64,000 nucleotides of DNA from Candidatus Omnitrophota bacterium (GCA_022711115.1 JAKLFP010000005.1:8572-72571), one strand, 5' to 3'. Numbered from the stretch's first letter, positions 9,716 through 18,790 are shown. Made by a program: numbers and translations. The notes: generated by a model not told the origin, from the sequence alone.

Positions 9716-10468
9716 ATGACCTATTTGATTATAGCAGGCATTACTTTTTTGAGTGAATATCTTGATTCCGGCCTTGGCATGGGATACGGGACGGCGCTCG
9801 CGCCGATTCTTATTTTGATGGGATTCGACCCGGTTCAGGTCGTACCGGCAGTGCTTATTTCCCAGCTGTTTACTGACATCGCCGCCTGCATCAGCCATCA
9901 TAAAATGTTCAATGTGGATCTGAAGCCGGGCTCACAGGATTTCAAGGCAGCATCCCTTCTGGGATTGATGAGCGTGATTGGGGTCGTGATCGCTGTTTTT
10001 GTGGCGGTCAAGATTCCAAAAAAGATCCTGACCCTGTATATCGGGTTGCTTGTTGCATCCATGGGAGCACTTGTCCTTTATACGACGAATCGGCCCATGA
10101 AGTTCTCCTGGAAGAAATTGATGGGCATCAGCCTTTTGGCCTCTTTCAATAAAGGTATTTCAGGCGGCGGCTATGGACCGCTTGTGATGGGAGGACAAAT
10201 GCTCTCCGGCGTTCACGTCAAGAGTGCCGTCGGGATTACGGCATTTGCCGAAGCCATTACGTGCCTCGCGGGTTTTCTTATTTATATTATTACAGGAAAG
10301 GCTATTGATTGGAAGTTGACGCTTACTTTGATCATTTTTGCGACAGGGGCTGTGCCGGTTGCGGCCATGACCGTCAAGCACGCTCCTTCCGCATCTTTGA
10401 AAAGGTATGTCGGGATTATGATGCTGCTGCTCGGCTTTCTGACCTTAACCAAAGTTGCCGGATCTTAA
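9716..10468 (+). CDS. TauE/SafE (DUF81) family anion transporter
   Basis: 250 aa with 7-8 TM segments and the internal-repeat glycine motifs typical of TauE/SafE sulfite/sulfonate exporter family proteins. It sits directly after cysNC. Confidence 0.75.
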   Translation: MTYLIIAGITFLSEYLDSGLGMGYGTALAPILILMGFDPVQVVPAVLISQLFTDIAACISHHKMFNVDLKPGSQDFKAASLLGLMSVIGVVIAVFVAVKIPKKILTLYIGLLVASMGALVLYTTNRPMKFSWKKLMGISLLASFNKGISGGGYGPLVMGGQMLSGVHVKSAVGITAFAEAITCLAGFLIYIITGKAIDWKLTLTLIIFATGAVPVAAMTVKHAPSASLKRYVGIMMLLLGFLTLTKVAGS

Positions 10469-10593
10469 AGGCTGCGGAAATTTGGTGTTTCCTGAGGAAA
10501 TCTGACAAGGTCGGACAATGCGATTGAGTACGTCAATTATTTTTGCTACACTGACCCACTCATTTTTTAAAAATAAGCACTAAAGGATTTAAA

Positions 10594-12321
10594 ATGGAAC
10601 GTATACTTCTGATCAATCCATCAGGTTGGCAGAAGGAGAGCATTAATTTAGGACTCTCCTATTTAGCTTCTTCTTTAATGGCCCATGGGTTTGATGTGCT
10701 CATTCTTGATTTGAATCGTTATGAAATGAGCGATGCCGCATTCTTGGAAAATGTCCGTCAGTTTAGTCCTCGTTTGGTTGGAATATCCATAAAAACTGCA
10801 ACAGCACGAGAAGGGGGGCGACTATCGCGACTCCTGAAGGAAGCGATGCCTGAAGTGATTACCGTTGCTGGCGGACCCCACATGTCTCTCTGCCCAGAAT
10901 CTTATATGCGAGATTATCCTTCCATTTCTTTCGGTGTTATGGGGGAGGGTGAGGAAGCTATGGTCCATTTAGCCAAAGCAATATGCAATGGCGGAAAAGT
11001 GGAAAAACTCAACGGGATCGTATGGAGACAGAACGGTCAAATTCTCCTCAATAAATGGATGCCGCCGGAGAACCTCGATGCTCTGATGTTTCCCAACCTT
11101 GATGTGATTCAGGGGTTTAGTTGGAAAAATTTTCGCTACCCAATACTTTCCAGTCGAGGTTGTCCTTTTGGTTGTATTTATTGCTGTGTGAATAAGCTGA
11201 CTGGTTCCAGAAAGTGGCGTTACCGTACTCCGGAAAATGTGGTGGATGAACTGGAATCGCTTGTGCGAACGAAAGGCATCACTTCTTTTGAAATTTGGGA
11301 TGATAACTTTACATTGGACTTGTCGCGTGCGAAAAAAATTTGCCAATTACTTATCGATCGCAAGCTTAATTTATCCTGGTACTGCCATAATGGAATCCGG
11401 GCCGACCGCATTGATGAAGAGCTGGCTCAAATGATGAAAGCGGCGGGTTGCACAAGCCTGGCTTTTGGCGTTGAGAGCGGAAGTCCTGTCACCTTTGCCG
11501 CCATTAAAAAGGGAGAACCCCTTTCCGCAGTCATTAACGCTGTGAAATTAGTCAAAAAGGCCGGTATCAAAGCCGTTGGCTATTTCATCATAGGACTTCC
11601 TGGGGACACTTTGGAAAGGTTTGTTGAAACGGTTTATTTCCAACGATCCCTCGAGTTGGATCATTATGTCTACGGCATGCTCATCCCTTATCCCCATACG
11701 GAACTCTGGGAAATAGTACAAACTCATGGAACTATGTTCTGCGAAATTACCGAAACACAACACTTCAGCGATGACATGGTTCCAATCTCGTTTGAGCTGC
11801 CAGATTTTCCGAAAGCCGATATGATTCGAGCGTTCTATATTGCCAAATATTTCGACTTGTTTGATGCAATCCGGCAGGTTGCTGACAGCGTCAACCTAAC
11901 CGTGGTCCATCATGTCTCTCCTCCCATGATAAGTCATCTGCCGGGCATGTTTATTGCCGGAGGCTCGAAAATTTGCCATGTAGTCGTTGGCGGGGATGAG
12001 GCTGTTGTGCGGGCACTGCCTTCTTTCACGCAGGTACCAAACACAACCAAAATATTATTTTCTGATAACATGCCTTCAGACATTCCTTTTGAAAATCAAA
12101 TAGCTGTCGTCGATCAAGGCTCTAATATATTGGAACGCATTTCTCCCGATTCCGGCCTTGTCTTATTCGATGCGAGGCGGCCGCTTCGTCATTTGACTCT
12201 AGTGCGGCTTCCCAAGGCTGGATCTTTGGGTGCGCGCGGAGCACCTGACAGTGATTTGAAAAACGATGAAAAGAAGAATGTGTTTTCCAAAGCACTGGAT
12301 GCTTTGGGTATTCATCCATGA
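10594..12321 (+). CDS. B12-binding-domain radical SAM protein (copy 1) with C-terminal extension
   Basis: N-terminal Rossmann-like cobalamin-binding region (ILLINPSGW ... VAGGPH). The radical SAM cluster motif is CPFGCIYCC, followed by a glycine-rich SAM motif. About 175 aa of unassigned C-terminal tail. Confidence 0.8.
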   Translation: MERILLINPSGWQKESINLGLSYLASSLMAHGFDVLILDLNRYEMSDAAFLENVRQFSPRLVGISIKTATAREGGRLSRLLKEAMPEVITVAGGPHMSLCPESYMRDYPSISFGVMGEGEEAMVHLAKAICNGGKVEKLNGIVWRQNGQILLNKWMPPENLDALMFPNLDVIQGFSWKNFRYPILSSRGCPFGCIYCCVNKLTGSRKWRYRTPENVVDELESLVRTKGITSFEIWDDNFTLDLSRAKKICQLLIDRKLNLSWYCHNGIRADRIDEELAQMMKAAGCTSLAFGVESGSPVTFAAIKKGEPLSAVINAVKLVKKAGIKAVGYFIIGLPGDTLERFVETVYFQRSLELDHYVYGMLIPYPHTELWEIVQTHGTMFCEITETQHFSDDMVPISFELPDFPKADMIRAFYIAKYFDLFDAIRQVADSVNLTVVHHVSPPMISHLPGMFIAGGSKICHVVVGGDEAVVRALPSFTQVPNTTKILFSDNMPSDIPFENQIAVVDQGSNILERISPDSGLVLFDARRPLRHLTLVRLPKAGSLGARGAPDSDLKNDEKKNVFSKALDALGIHP

Positions 12322-12567
12322 GCATGGATCACAAGATGCCATCCGGACATAGCTGTGACCAGCCACCATGCGGTTTACGCCTTATGATGAAAAATGCTAG
12401 ATCTTTTTTTCTTTCAAAAATTTCATTAAAGACTTCGCTTCAAAGTCTTAAAAAAAATATTGCCGGTATGGGTAAAATCCTGCAAACACTGAAGCCGGAC
12501 CGGAAATTTTTATGGGTAAAAATACAACTCTTGATGAAACGAAAATCGAAACAAAACTTTCCATACG

Positions 12568-13800
12568 ATGAAAATTCTTCATATTTGTGATTGGTATACC
12601 CCTATTGGGGGAGCCGAGAAACTTCTTTTCGGGACACTTGATAGGCTGGAGCAAAAAGGCCACACAAATATCGTGGTTTTCAACGAACATCCCCATCAGG
12701 GCCTGACGGGGAAGCGTGCTGAGTATGCCTGCAAGTTTCTGGAGCTTTTTGTGTATTTTCATCCTGACGCACCCTCTTTCGCAATGCAGTCTATTCCGCG
12801 ACTCAAGGAGATTATTGACCGGCATGCCCCTGATGTCTGTCATATCCACAATTTTCAAAATCCCTATGCGACAGAATTTTTGCTTGAAGAAATTCCCTGC
12901 GTTCGTTCTATTCACGATCCTCGCCTCTATTGTTTTACGAACTGGCGGTTACTGCCGGATCGCAGTATTTGCCCTTACCCTCTTGGTGTTGAATGTCTTC
13001 GACAAGGTTGTTTGTCTTCCGGGCTAAAGCCGAAGACCGATTTTGATAGGAACGCTTTTTGGGTATTGAGGCATCACAACCTGCATAAAAAGATGCCGGC
13101 GCTTATCCTGGAAAGCCGGATGCAAATGGACTGTATGATCCAGAACGGATTTTCACCGAAACAGCTTTTCTGGCTGCCTAATTCGACGTCGATTCAGCCC
13201 ATAACCGAGGTGCGGGAGTTTGTGGAAAAACACCATGACCCGAATGAACGCATCGTTCTGTTTGTCGGGCGGGCTTCGTATGAAAAGGGGATTCATGTGC
13301 TGGTGGAATCTTGTCGGTATCTTCGCAGTGACTGCAAGATTGTAATTATCACAGCGGGTCCTTTGCTTGAAGAGATCCAGCAGCAAGCTGCTGAATTTGG
13401 CGATCGCATTGAGGTGATTCCCGGGCTGTCTTATGAAGAAACCCGGGTCTACTATGCTCGAGCCTCCGTGGTGGCGGTCCCATCGGTTTGGCTTGAAAAT
13501 TTCTGTCTGGTCGGTCTGGAGGCCTTTGCCAATATGAGGCCCGTGATTGGTTCTCGTATCGGGGGTATCCGCGACTGGATGAAAGAGGAAGAGACAGGAT
13601 GGTTTTTTGAGCCGGGGAATTCAAAAGATCTGGCGGCTAGAATCGATAACGCATTCGAGAACAAAGAACGTCTTCAAGCCATGGGTGAGAGTGCGTATCG
13701 GCGAGTACAAACATATTATAACCAGGATCTCTATACCTTTCGTTTGTTAGAAATTTATTCAAAAGGAATCGAATATTTTAATGCTGAGAGGTGTCTGTGA
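12568..13800 (+). CDS. glycosyltransferase family 1 (GT4-like), copy 1
   Basis: N-terminal MKILHICDWYTPIGGAE and a C-terminal GT-B nucleotide-sugar-binding region (EAFANMRPVIGSRIGGIRDW). It is a paralog of the protein at 28071-29342. Confidence 0.75.
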   Translation: MKILHICDWYTPIGGAEKLLFGTLDRLEQKGHTNIVVFNEHPHQGLTGKRAEYACKFLELFVYFHPDAPSFAMQSIPRLKEIIDRHAPDVCHIHNFQNPYATEFLLEEIPCVRSIHDPRLYCFTNWRLLPDRSICPYPLGVECLRQGCLSSGLKPKTDFDRNAFWVLRHHNLHKKMPALILESRMQMDCMIQNGFSPKQLFWLPNSTSIQPITEVREFVEKHHDPNERIVLFVGRASYEKGIHVLVESCRYLRSDCKIVIITAGPLLEEIQQQAAEFGDRIEVIPGLSYEETRVYYARASVVAVPSVWLENFCLVGLEAFANMRPVIGSRIGGIRDWMKEEETGWFFEPGNSKDLAARIDNAFENKERLQAMGESAYRRVQTYYNQDLYTFRLLEIYSKGIEYFNAERCL

Positions 13801-14846
13801 AGGTCGCTTTGGTAAAGACACACAACCAGGTGCGTCTGGATGAGATCAAGACACCTGTGCCGAGTCCGGGTGAGGTTCTGCTTCAAATCGATGCTTGTGG
13901 TGTCTGCGGTAGCGACTATCTTGAGGCGACGGCTTGGGCGCACTCGTGGAAGCGTTTTGGTCATGAAATAGCCGCCACAGTATTTGCTACAGGAAACGGG
14001 GTAGAAGGATTCGCGGTGGGAGATCAAGTGGTTGTGGCGCTCTCTGTTGCTTGTGGGACATGCAAAAGCTGCCTAGCGGGTCATCCAAGACATTGTTCTC
14101 GTCTTATTATTGCAGAGCAAGGCGGTTTTGGAGATTATTTGTTGGTCAAAGATACCCGCCTTTTATTCAAAGTGGAGCCTCGCCTTCCGGTTGAATTAGC
14201 GGTCTTCACAGAGCCTGTTACCGTTGTGTTGGATGCTTTCCATCTTGTTGAATTAAAACCGGAAGATAAATTAGTAGTGATTGGCGGTGGTTTTATCGCC
14301 TGTATCGCTCTTTTGATCGCCAAGATTCTTGGGGTGATCCATCCCTTGGTATTAAGCCGCAAATCTCATCCGCTGCTGGATGCCTGTCTGGCATCGACAG
14401 GAGGGGATTATGTTTCATGGCTTGCAGTGGGAGAACATACGGTGGCAGCGCCAGAGACTTTTGCACAAAAACTCGCAGAACATACAGGACGTGTTGTGGC
14501 CATCCATACAGCTCCCGCCAAGTTCATGCCTCTTTATATTGAAAAATTGCCCTATGATTCTTGTGTCGTGAATTTGGGTTTGTCTGCAAGCGACAAAGAT
14601 AATGAGATGCCATTGGATGCATCGCGGCTTATTTTTAAAAGAATGCAAATTATGAGTGCTTTTCCGGTTCCCTGTCTTTACCTTGCGGAGGCGGTTCATC
14701 TTCTCCAGAAAAATCAGGATTTATTTTCTCTCCTGACCCCTGAAAGTCTTCCTCTCGAGCGGTTACCGGAAGTGATTGCAGCACCCCGGAAATTAAAACG
14801 TAAAATCATGATCGTTTCCCAACCGTCCGGAGGATTACGATCATGA
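13791..14846 (+). CDS. zinc-dependent medium-chain dehydrogenase/reductase (sorbitol/threonine dehydrogenase-like)
   Basis: CGVCGSD and GHE catalytic-zinc motifs, a structural-zinc Cys cluster (CGTCKSC...C) and a GGGFIA Rossmann motif. The start is 13791 (GTG) or 13797 (GTGA overlap with the upstream stop). Confidence 0.75.
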   Translation: MSVKVALVKTHNQVRLDEIKTPVPSPGEVLLQIDACGVCGSDYLEATAWAHSWKRFGHEIAATVFATGNGVEGFAVGDQVVVALSVACGTCKSCLAGHPRHCSRLIIAEQGGFGDYLLVKDTRLLFKVEPRLPVELAVFTEPVTVVLDAFHLVELKPEDKLVVIGGGFIACIALLIAKILGVIHPLVLSRKSHPLLDACLASTGGDYVSWLAVGEHTVAAPETFAQKLAEHTGRVVAIHTAPAKFMPLYIEKLPYDSCVVNLGLSASDKDNEMPLDASRLIFKRMQIMSAFPVPCLYLAEAVHLLQKNQDLFSLLTPESLPLERLPEVIAAPRKLKRKIMIVSQPSGGLRS

Positions 14847-17023
14847 GCTCAAAAGGTTCGCATACCAGGCCTATTTTTATCACCGCAAGGTTTCGAAGCG
14901 GTTCCACCCTTCTCTGGAATCTTTTTCGCAACCTACCGGGTTGCCTTGCTTTTTATGAACCCTGCAATGACCTTCTCACCACTCATATCGAGATAGATAC
15001 CAAACCCCCTCCGTCACATCAGGGAGTGACTTCCTATTGGGACGAGTATCGACCTATATTGGAAGAGTTGCGTTTGCGGTATCGTCAGGAATTCGGTCTG
15101 AACCATTTGTATTTAGAAAACCAGGATACGTATCCTGATTTTGAGAATTATATCCGTTTTTTGCTGAAAGCAGCTTCGGGAAAAGTCCCGGTGCTCCAGT
15201 TTAACCGAATAGATTTTCGTCTGCCATGGCTGCGCGAACGCTTTCCGAATGCATTTATTTTACACCTTACCAGAAATTCCAGAGATATGTGGTTTTCCAT
15301 GATACGAGGTCTCTCGGGTGAATCCTGGCGGGATCCTTTGGAAAACACGAACTATGATCTTTTGCTGTGGTCTGTAGCTCTTTCCAGTGAGTTTCCGTTT
15401 CTGTTTAGTCCTGAAGTTAAAACGACCTATCATCGTCATTATCTTCTCTGGCGGCTCAGTGGGCTCATGGGGACACAGCAAGCTGACATGACGCTGGATT
15501 TTGATCGTGATCTGCTTGGAACCCGGGAGAAGACACTTCAATTAATCACAGATCTTGTGGGAGCTGACAACGCGGAGATCGAACGTCTTGCGAAGCTGGT
15601 GGTCATGCCCGAAACTGGCGGTTGGAGAAAGTTGATCGATGGGCGCTGGTTTACTAAGGCCGAAATGGAATGTGATGCGCTTCTCGAAGAGTTAGGGCTT
15701 TTGGAGGATTTTGGGAAAAAACCGCTTGCAAGCATAAGAAAAAAACATCTTTCAGCATGGAATCATGCGACAGCTGCGGCAACGGAAAGGGTGGCTAAAG
15801 CGTCCGCAAAACTGTTCGGAATGCTGCGACGGGACCGGCTAGTTTTAGGTAAGGATCATGAACAATATGTGATCAATAGTGGAAATGTTATTCGCCATGA
15901 TAAAAAGTTGCTCGAGGATGCCGCTCACCGTTTAAACTCCGTGCAACAAAACTTTCAGGAAGCAGAGGAGTCGTTGCGTCTCAAACAGCAAGCATTTGAA
16001 GAAAGCCAAAAGGTTTTAGCAAACACCCAGACTGCACTTGAAAATAAGAGGCAGGAACTGGTTACGATCAATCAGCGTTATTCGGAGGTGCAGGAACAAT
16101 TACGCGCCAAGCAGCAAGCATTTGAAGAAAGCCAAAAAGTTTTAGCAAGCACCCAGACTGCACTTGAGAATAAGCGGCAGGAGCTGGTTTCGATAAACCA
16201 GCGTTATTCGGAGAAGCAGGAACAATTACGCGTCAATCAGCAAGCATTGGAAGAAAGCCAAAAGGTTTTAGCAAGCACCCAGACTGCGCTTAACAGTAAG
16301 AACCAGGAGTTGGTTGCGATAAATCAGCGTTATTCAGAGACGCAGGAACAATTACGTGTCAATCAGCAAGCATTCGAAGAAAATCAAAAAGTTTTGACGG
16401 GTACGCAGACTGAGCTCAACAGTAAGAGTCAGGAGCTAGCGGCGCTAAGCCAGTGTTTTTCAGAGACGAAGGATCTGTTGCGTGTCAAGCAGCAGGAATT
16501 CGAGGAAAGCCAAAAAGTTTTAGCAAACACCCAGACTGCGCTTGAAATTGAGAGGCAGGAGCTGGTTGCGATAAATCAGCGTTATTCGGAGACGCAGGAA
16601 CAATTACGCGTCAAACAGCAAGCATTTGAAGAAAGCCAAAAAGTTTTAGCAAGTACCCAGACTGCACTTGAAAATAAGAGCCAGGAGTTGGTTGCGATCA
16701 ATCAGCGTTATTCGGAGACGCAGGAACAATTACGTGTCAATCAGCAAGAATTCGAGGAAAGCCAAGAGGCTCTTTCGGATGCGCAAAATGGACTCAATGA
16801 AAAAGAGCGGGAACTCATTTTGATGAAGGAGACTCTTGGAGAAATGCGCCTGGAATTACACAAAGAAAGATCGGAGCTGGAAAATGCGCAAGAAATACTT
16901 ACTAATACAAGAATTATTTTAGCCCAAAATGAACAGATTTTGCGTGAAACCGCGCTTAGGGTTCAGCCGAAGCAATTTTTTCAAAAAAATTTCATAATTA
17001 AAAAAATAAAAAAATTTTTTTAA
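14843..17023 (+). CDS. sulfotransferase-domain protein with long C-terminal coiled-coil repeat region and basic amphipathic C-terminus
   Basis: The N-terminus has the PAPS 5'-phosphosulfate-binding motif (PIFITARFRSGSTLLWNLF) and the 3'-phosphate-binding motif (LHLTRNSRDMWFS). Residues about 378-671 are 7 tandem 42-aa heptad-like repeats (LRxKQQAFEESQKVLAxTQTALENKxQELVxINQRYSExQEQ). The C-terminal tail is KQFFQKNFIIKKIKKFF. ATGA overlap with the upstream gene. Confidence 0.75.
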   Translation: MSSKGSHTRPIFITARFRSGSTLLWNLFRNLPGCLAFYEPCNDLLTTHIEIDTKPPPSHQGVTSYWDEYRPILEELRLRYRQEFGLNHLYLENQDTYPDFENYIRFLLKAASGKVPVLQFNRIDFRLPWLRERFPNAFILHLTRNSRDMWFSMIRGLSGESWRDPLENTNYDLLLWSVALSSEFPFLFSPEVKTTYHRHYLLWRLSGLMGTQQADMTLDFDRDLLGTREKTLQLITDLVGADNAEIERLAKLVVMPETGGWRKLIDGRWFTKAEMECDALLEELGLLEDFGKKPLASIRKKHLSAWNHATAAATERVAKASAKLFGMLRRDRLVLGKDHEQYVINSGNVIRHDKKLLEDAAHRLNSVQQNFQEAEESLRLKQQAFEESQKVLANTQTALENKRQELVTINQRYSEVQEQLRAKQQAFEESQKVLASTQTALENKRQELVSINQRYSEKQEQLRVNQQALEESQKVLASTQTALNSKNQELVAINQRYSETQEQLRVNQQAFEENQKVLTGTQTELNSKSQELAALSQCFSETKDLLRVKQQEFEESQKVLANTQTALEIERQELVAINQRYSETQEQLRVKQQAFEESQKVLASTQTALENKSQELVAINQRYSETQEQLRVNQQEFEESQEALSDAQNGLNEKERELILMKETLGEMRLELHKERSELENAQEILTNTRIILAQNEQILRETALRVQPKQFFQKNFIIKKIKKFF
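15974..16855 (+). repeat. 7 x 126-bp in-frame tandem repeat inside the sulfotransferase gene
   Basis: Repeat units start at 15974, 16100, 16226, 16352, 16478, 16604 and 16730. Long stretches are identical between units (for example caagcatttgaagaaagccaaaa(g/a)gttttagcaa). Confidence 0.85.
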
Positions 17024-17056
17024 ATAACCGGCAATTCATTCCAAGAAAGGAAGAGT

Positions 17057-18790
17057 ATGGAAAACAAAAAAACTACACTTATCGAATTGGCTCTTTCACG
17101 ATTTAATTTCGCATTTAAAAAACCGAACAATTTTTTTGCAATGTTGCTTAGATACTTTTTAAAAGCAAAGAATAGAAATGATGCGATACCGACATTTATT
17201 AATTTAATTCATTCCCAGCATCCTTATGGGATGACAGTCAATGGTGTTGGTGGTCTGCAAGAAGGTGATAAGGGTTTGTATCGCTGGTTTTCAGGAAGTG
17301 AGACAATACTCCGATTCAAGTTGCCTCAGGAAAAAAATATGCAACTCTGTCTGGATTTTTACAACACCTTTCCTAACCAGAGCATATCGGTCATAATCAA
17401 TGGCCATGTCATGGAATCTTTTAATGATATTCATCCCGGGGCCAGAATAAAAAAACGGTACTCTTTTGAGGGGCATGCCAGTAACGAAATCGTACTGCAA
17501 TATAAAAAAACAAATAAATCACTCAAGCTTTATCCTGACGACGCAAGAGATTTAGCGGCAATCTTTTTTGAATTCAAAGTTCTTTTTAGCGATGTAAATG
17601 CGAACCGCCATTTGCAACGATTCGATCTTTCGTCGATTACATATCTTGGATCACCCCTTAAAAACGCTAGGCTGAATCGAGAAGAATATGAGAAGGGGCG
17701 AACGATTCTGAGAAGTCTTCCTTCTGTGGTAACATTAGCCTTGACGACATATTGCAACAATAAGATCCCGTGCCTCATTTGTGACAGGGTTACCCGTAAT
17801 AGGGTCACTGATTGCGACATCAGTGAAGAAATAATTAACAGTGCCAGTCCATTGCTTAAAACCGCGATGTATGTATTATTACATTCTGGTGGGGAGGCGA
17901 TGCTCTCACGACATTATGATAAACTAATAAAAGAAATTAATCCTCCCACACGAGTTTCTTTTGCTACAAACGCCATGCTCATGACGCCTAAACGGGCGGA
18001 TCTGATGCTTGAGAGGGATATTATGGCCGGTATCGTCATATCGTTAGATGCGGCTACGCCGGAGATGTACCGGCTCATGAGGCCAGGTTCGAACTTTGAA
18101 ACCGTGATTAAAAATGTCGCTTATTATATTGACAAGGCTAAAAGTTTAAATCGACATCACTCTAATGTTGATCTTAATATGACGCTTTGCAACTCCAATA
18201 TCATGGATGTCCCTAAACTGGTTGATCTTGCAAAGAAAATTGGTGCCCGCAGCATAAGTTATACTCATCTTAATATCGGGCTTCACCACAAAGTTCAGAC
18301 AGTCGAGGGTTGGGAGTGGGATTATGTCGAACAGATGAATTTTAAAAACAAGGAGCTGCATGACGATTTACTTTTTGAAGCCTATACTACAGCGAAAAAA
18401 AATGGGATAGTCATTTCTCTGCCATCGAATCGTCCCTACATCGGAAAAAACGCAGAAAAATATAATCAGTCAATGCTCAAAACTCCTTGTGAAATTCCTT
18501 TTCAAGAGAGTCAAGGGGTAAAGCATTGGGATTCGCGGTATCATCATAAGATCGCACCCCATATTCCGCTATGTTTTAAGCCTTGGCAGGAAATAGCTAT
18601 TCTCCCGGACGGGGCAACAAGAATTTGTTGCTTCCATGGTAGGGAATTCTACATTGGATATCTTCGGATGAACAATTTTATGAACATTTGGAATTCCGAT
18701 GTAATGGTAGCAACTCGGGAGCAATTTCTGGCTCATGGTGTGGCTCGTGTATGTGTAGAGTCGCAGCCTTGTCCTCACCGCCCGAAGTAA
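17057..18790 (+). CDS. radical SAM-like protein with non-canonical Cx5Cx2C cluster motif and Cys-rich (SPASM/twitch-like) C-terminus
   Basis: TYCNNKIPCLIC followed about 40 aa later by the glycine-rich SAM motif LLHSGGEAML. The C-terminus has CCFHG...CVESQPCPH. About 220 aa of N-terminal domain could not be assigned. Confidence 0.5.
   Translation: MENKKTTLIELALSRFNFAFKKPNNFFAMLLRYFLKAKNRNDAIPTFINLIHSQHPYGMTVNGVGGLQEGDKGLYRWFSGSETILRFKLPQEKNMQLCLDFYNTFPNQSISVIINGHVMESFNDIHPGARIKKRYSFEGHASNEIVLQYKKTNKSLKLYPDDARDLAAIFFEFKVLFSDVNANRHLQRFDLSSITYLGSPLKNARLNREEYEKGRTILRSLPSVVTLALTTYCNNKIPCLICDRVTRNRVTDCDISEEIINSASPLLKTAMYVLLHSGGEAMLSRHYDKLIKEINPPTRVSFATNAMLMTPKRADLMLERDIMAGIVISLDAATPEMYRLMRPGSNFETVIKNVAYYIDKAKSLNRHHSNVDLNMTLCNSNIMDVPKLVDLAKKIGARSISYTHLNIGLHHKVQTVEGWEWDYVEQMNFKNKELHDDLLFEAYTTAKKNGIVISLPSNRPYIGKNAEKYNQSMLKTPCEIPFQESQGVKHWDSRYHHKIAPHIPLCFKPWQEIAILPDGATRICCFHGREFYIGYLRMNNFMNIWNSDVMVATREQFLAHGVARVCVESQPCPHRPK

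Noticed and set aside
9155-9901. 248-aa minus-strand ORF
   Set aside because: It is antisense to the CysC domain and the start of the TauE gene, and has no motifs.
12318-12590. 90-aa ORF in the spacer between rSAM-B12 copy 1 and GT1 copy 1
   Set aside because: There is no RBS, it overlaps both neighbours' ends, and the corresponding position in copy 2 is an ATGA overlap with no ORF. It is probably non-coding spacer or promoter.
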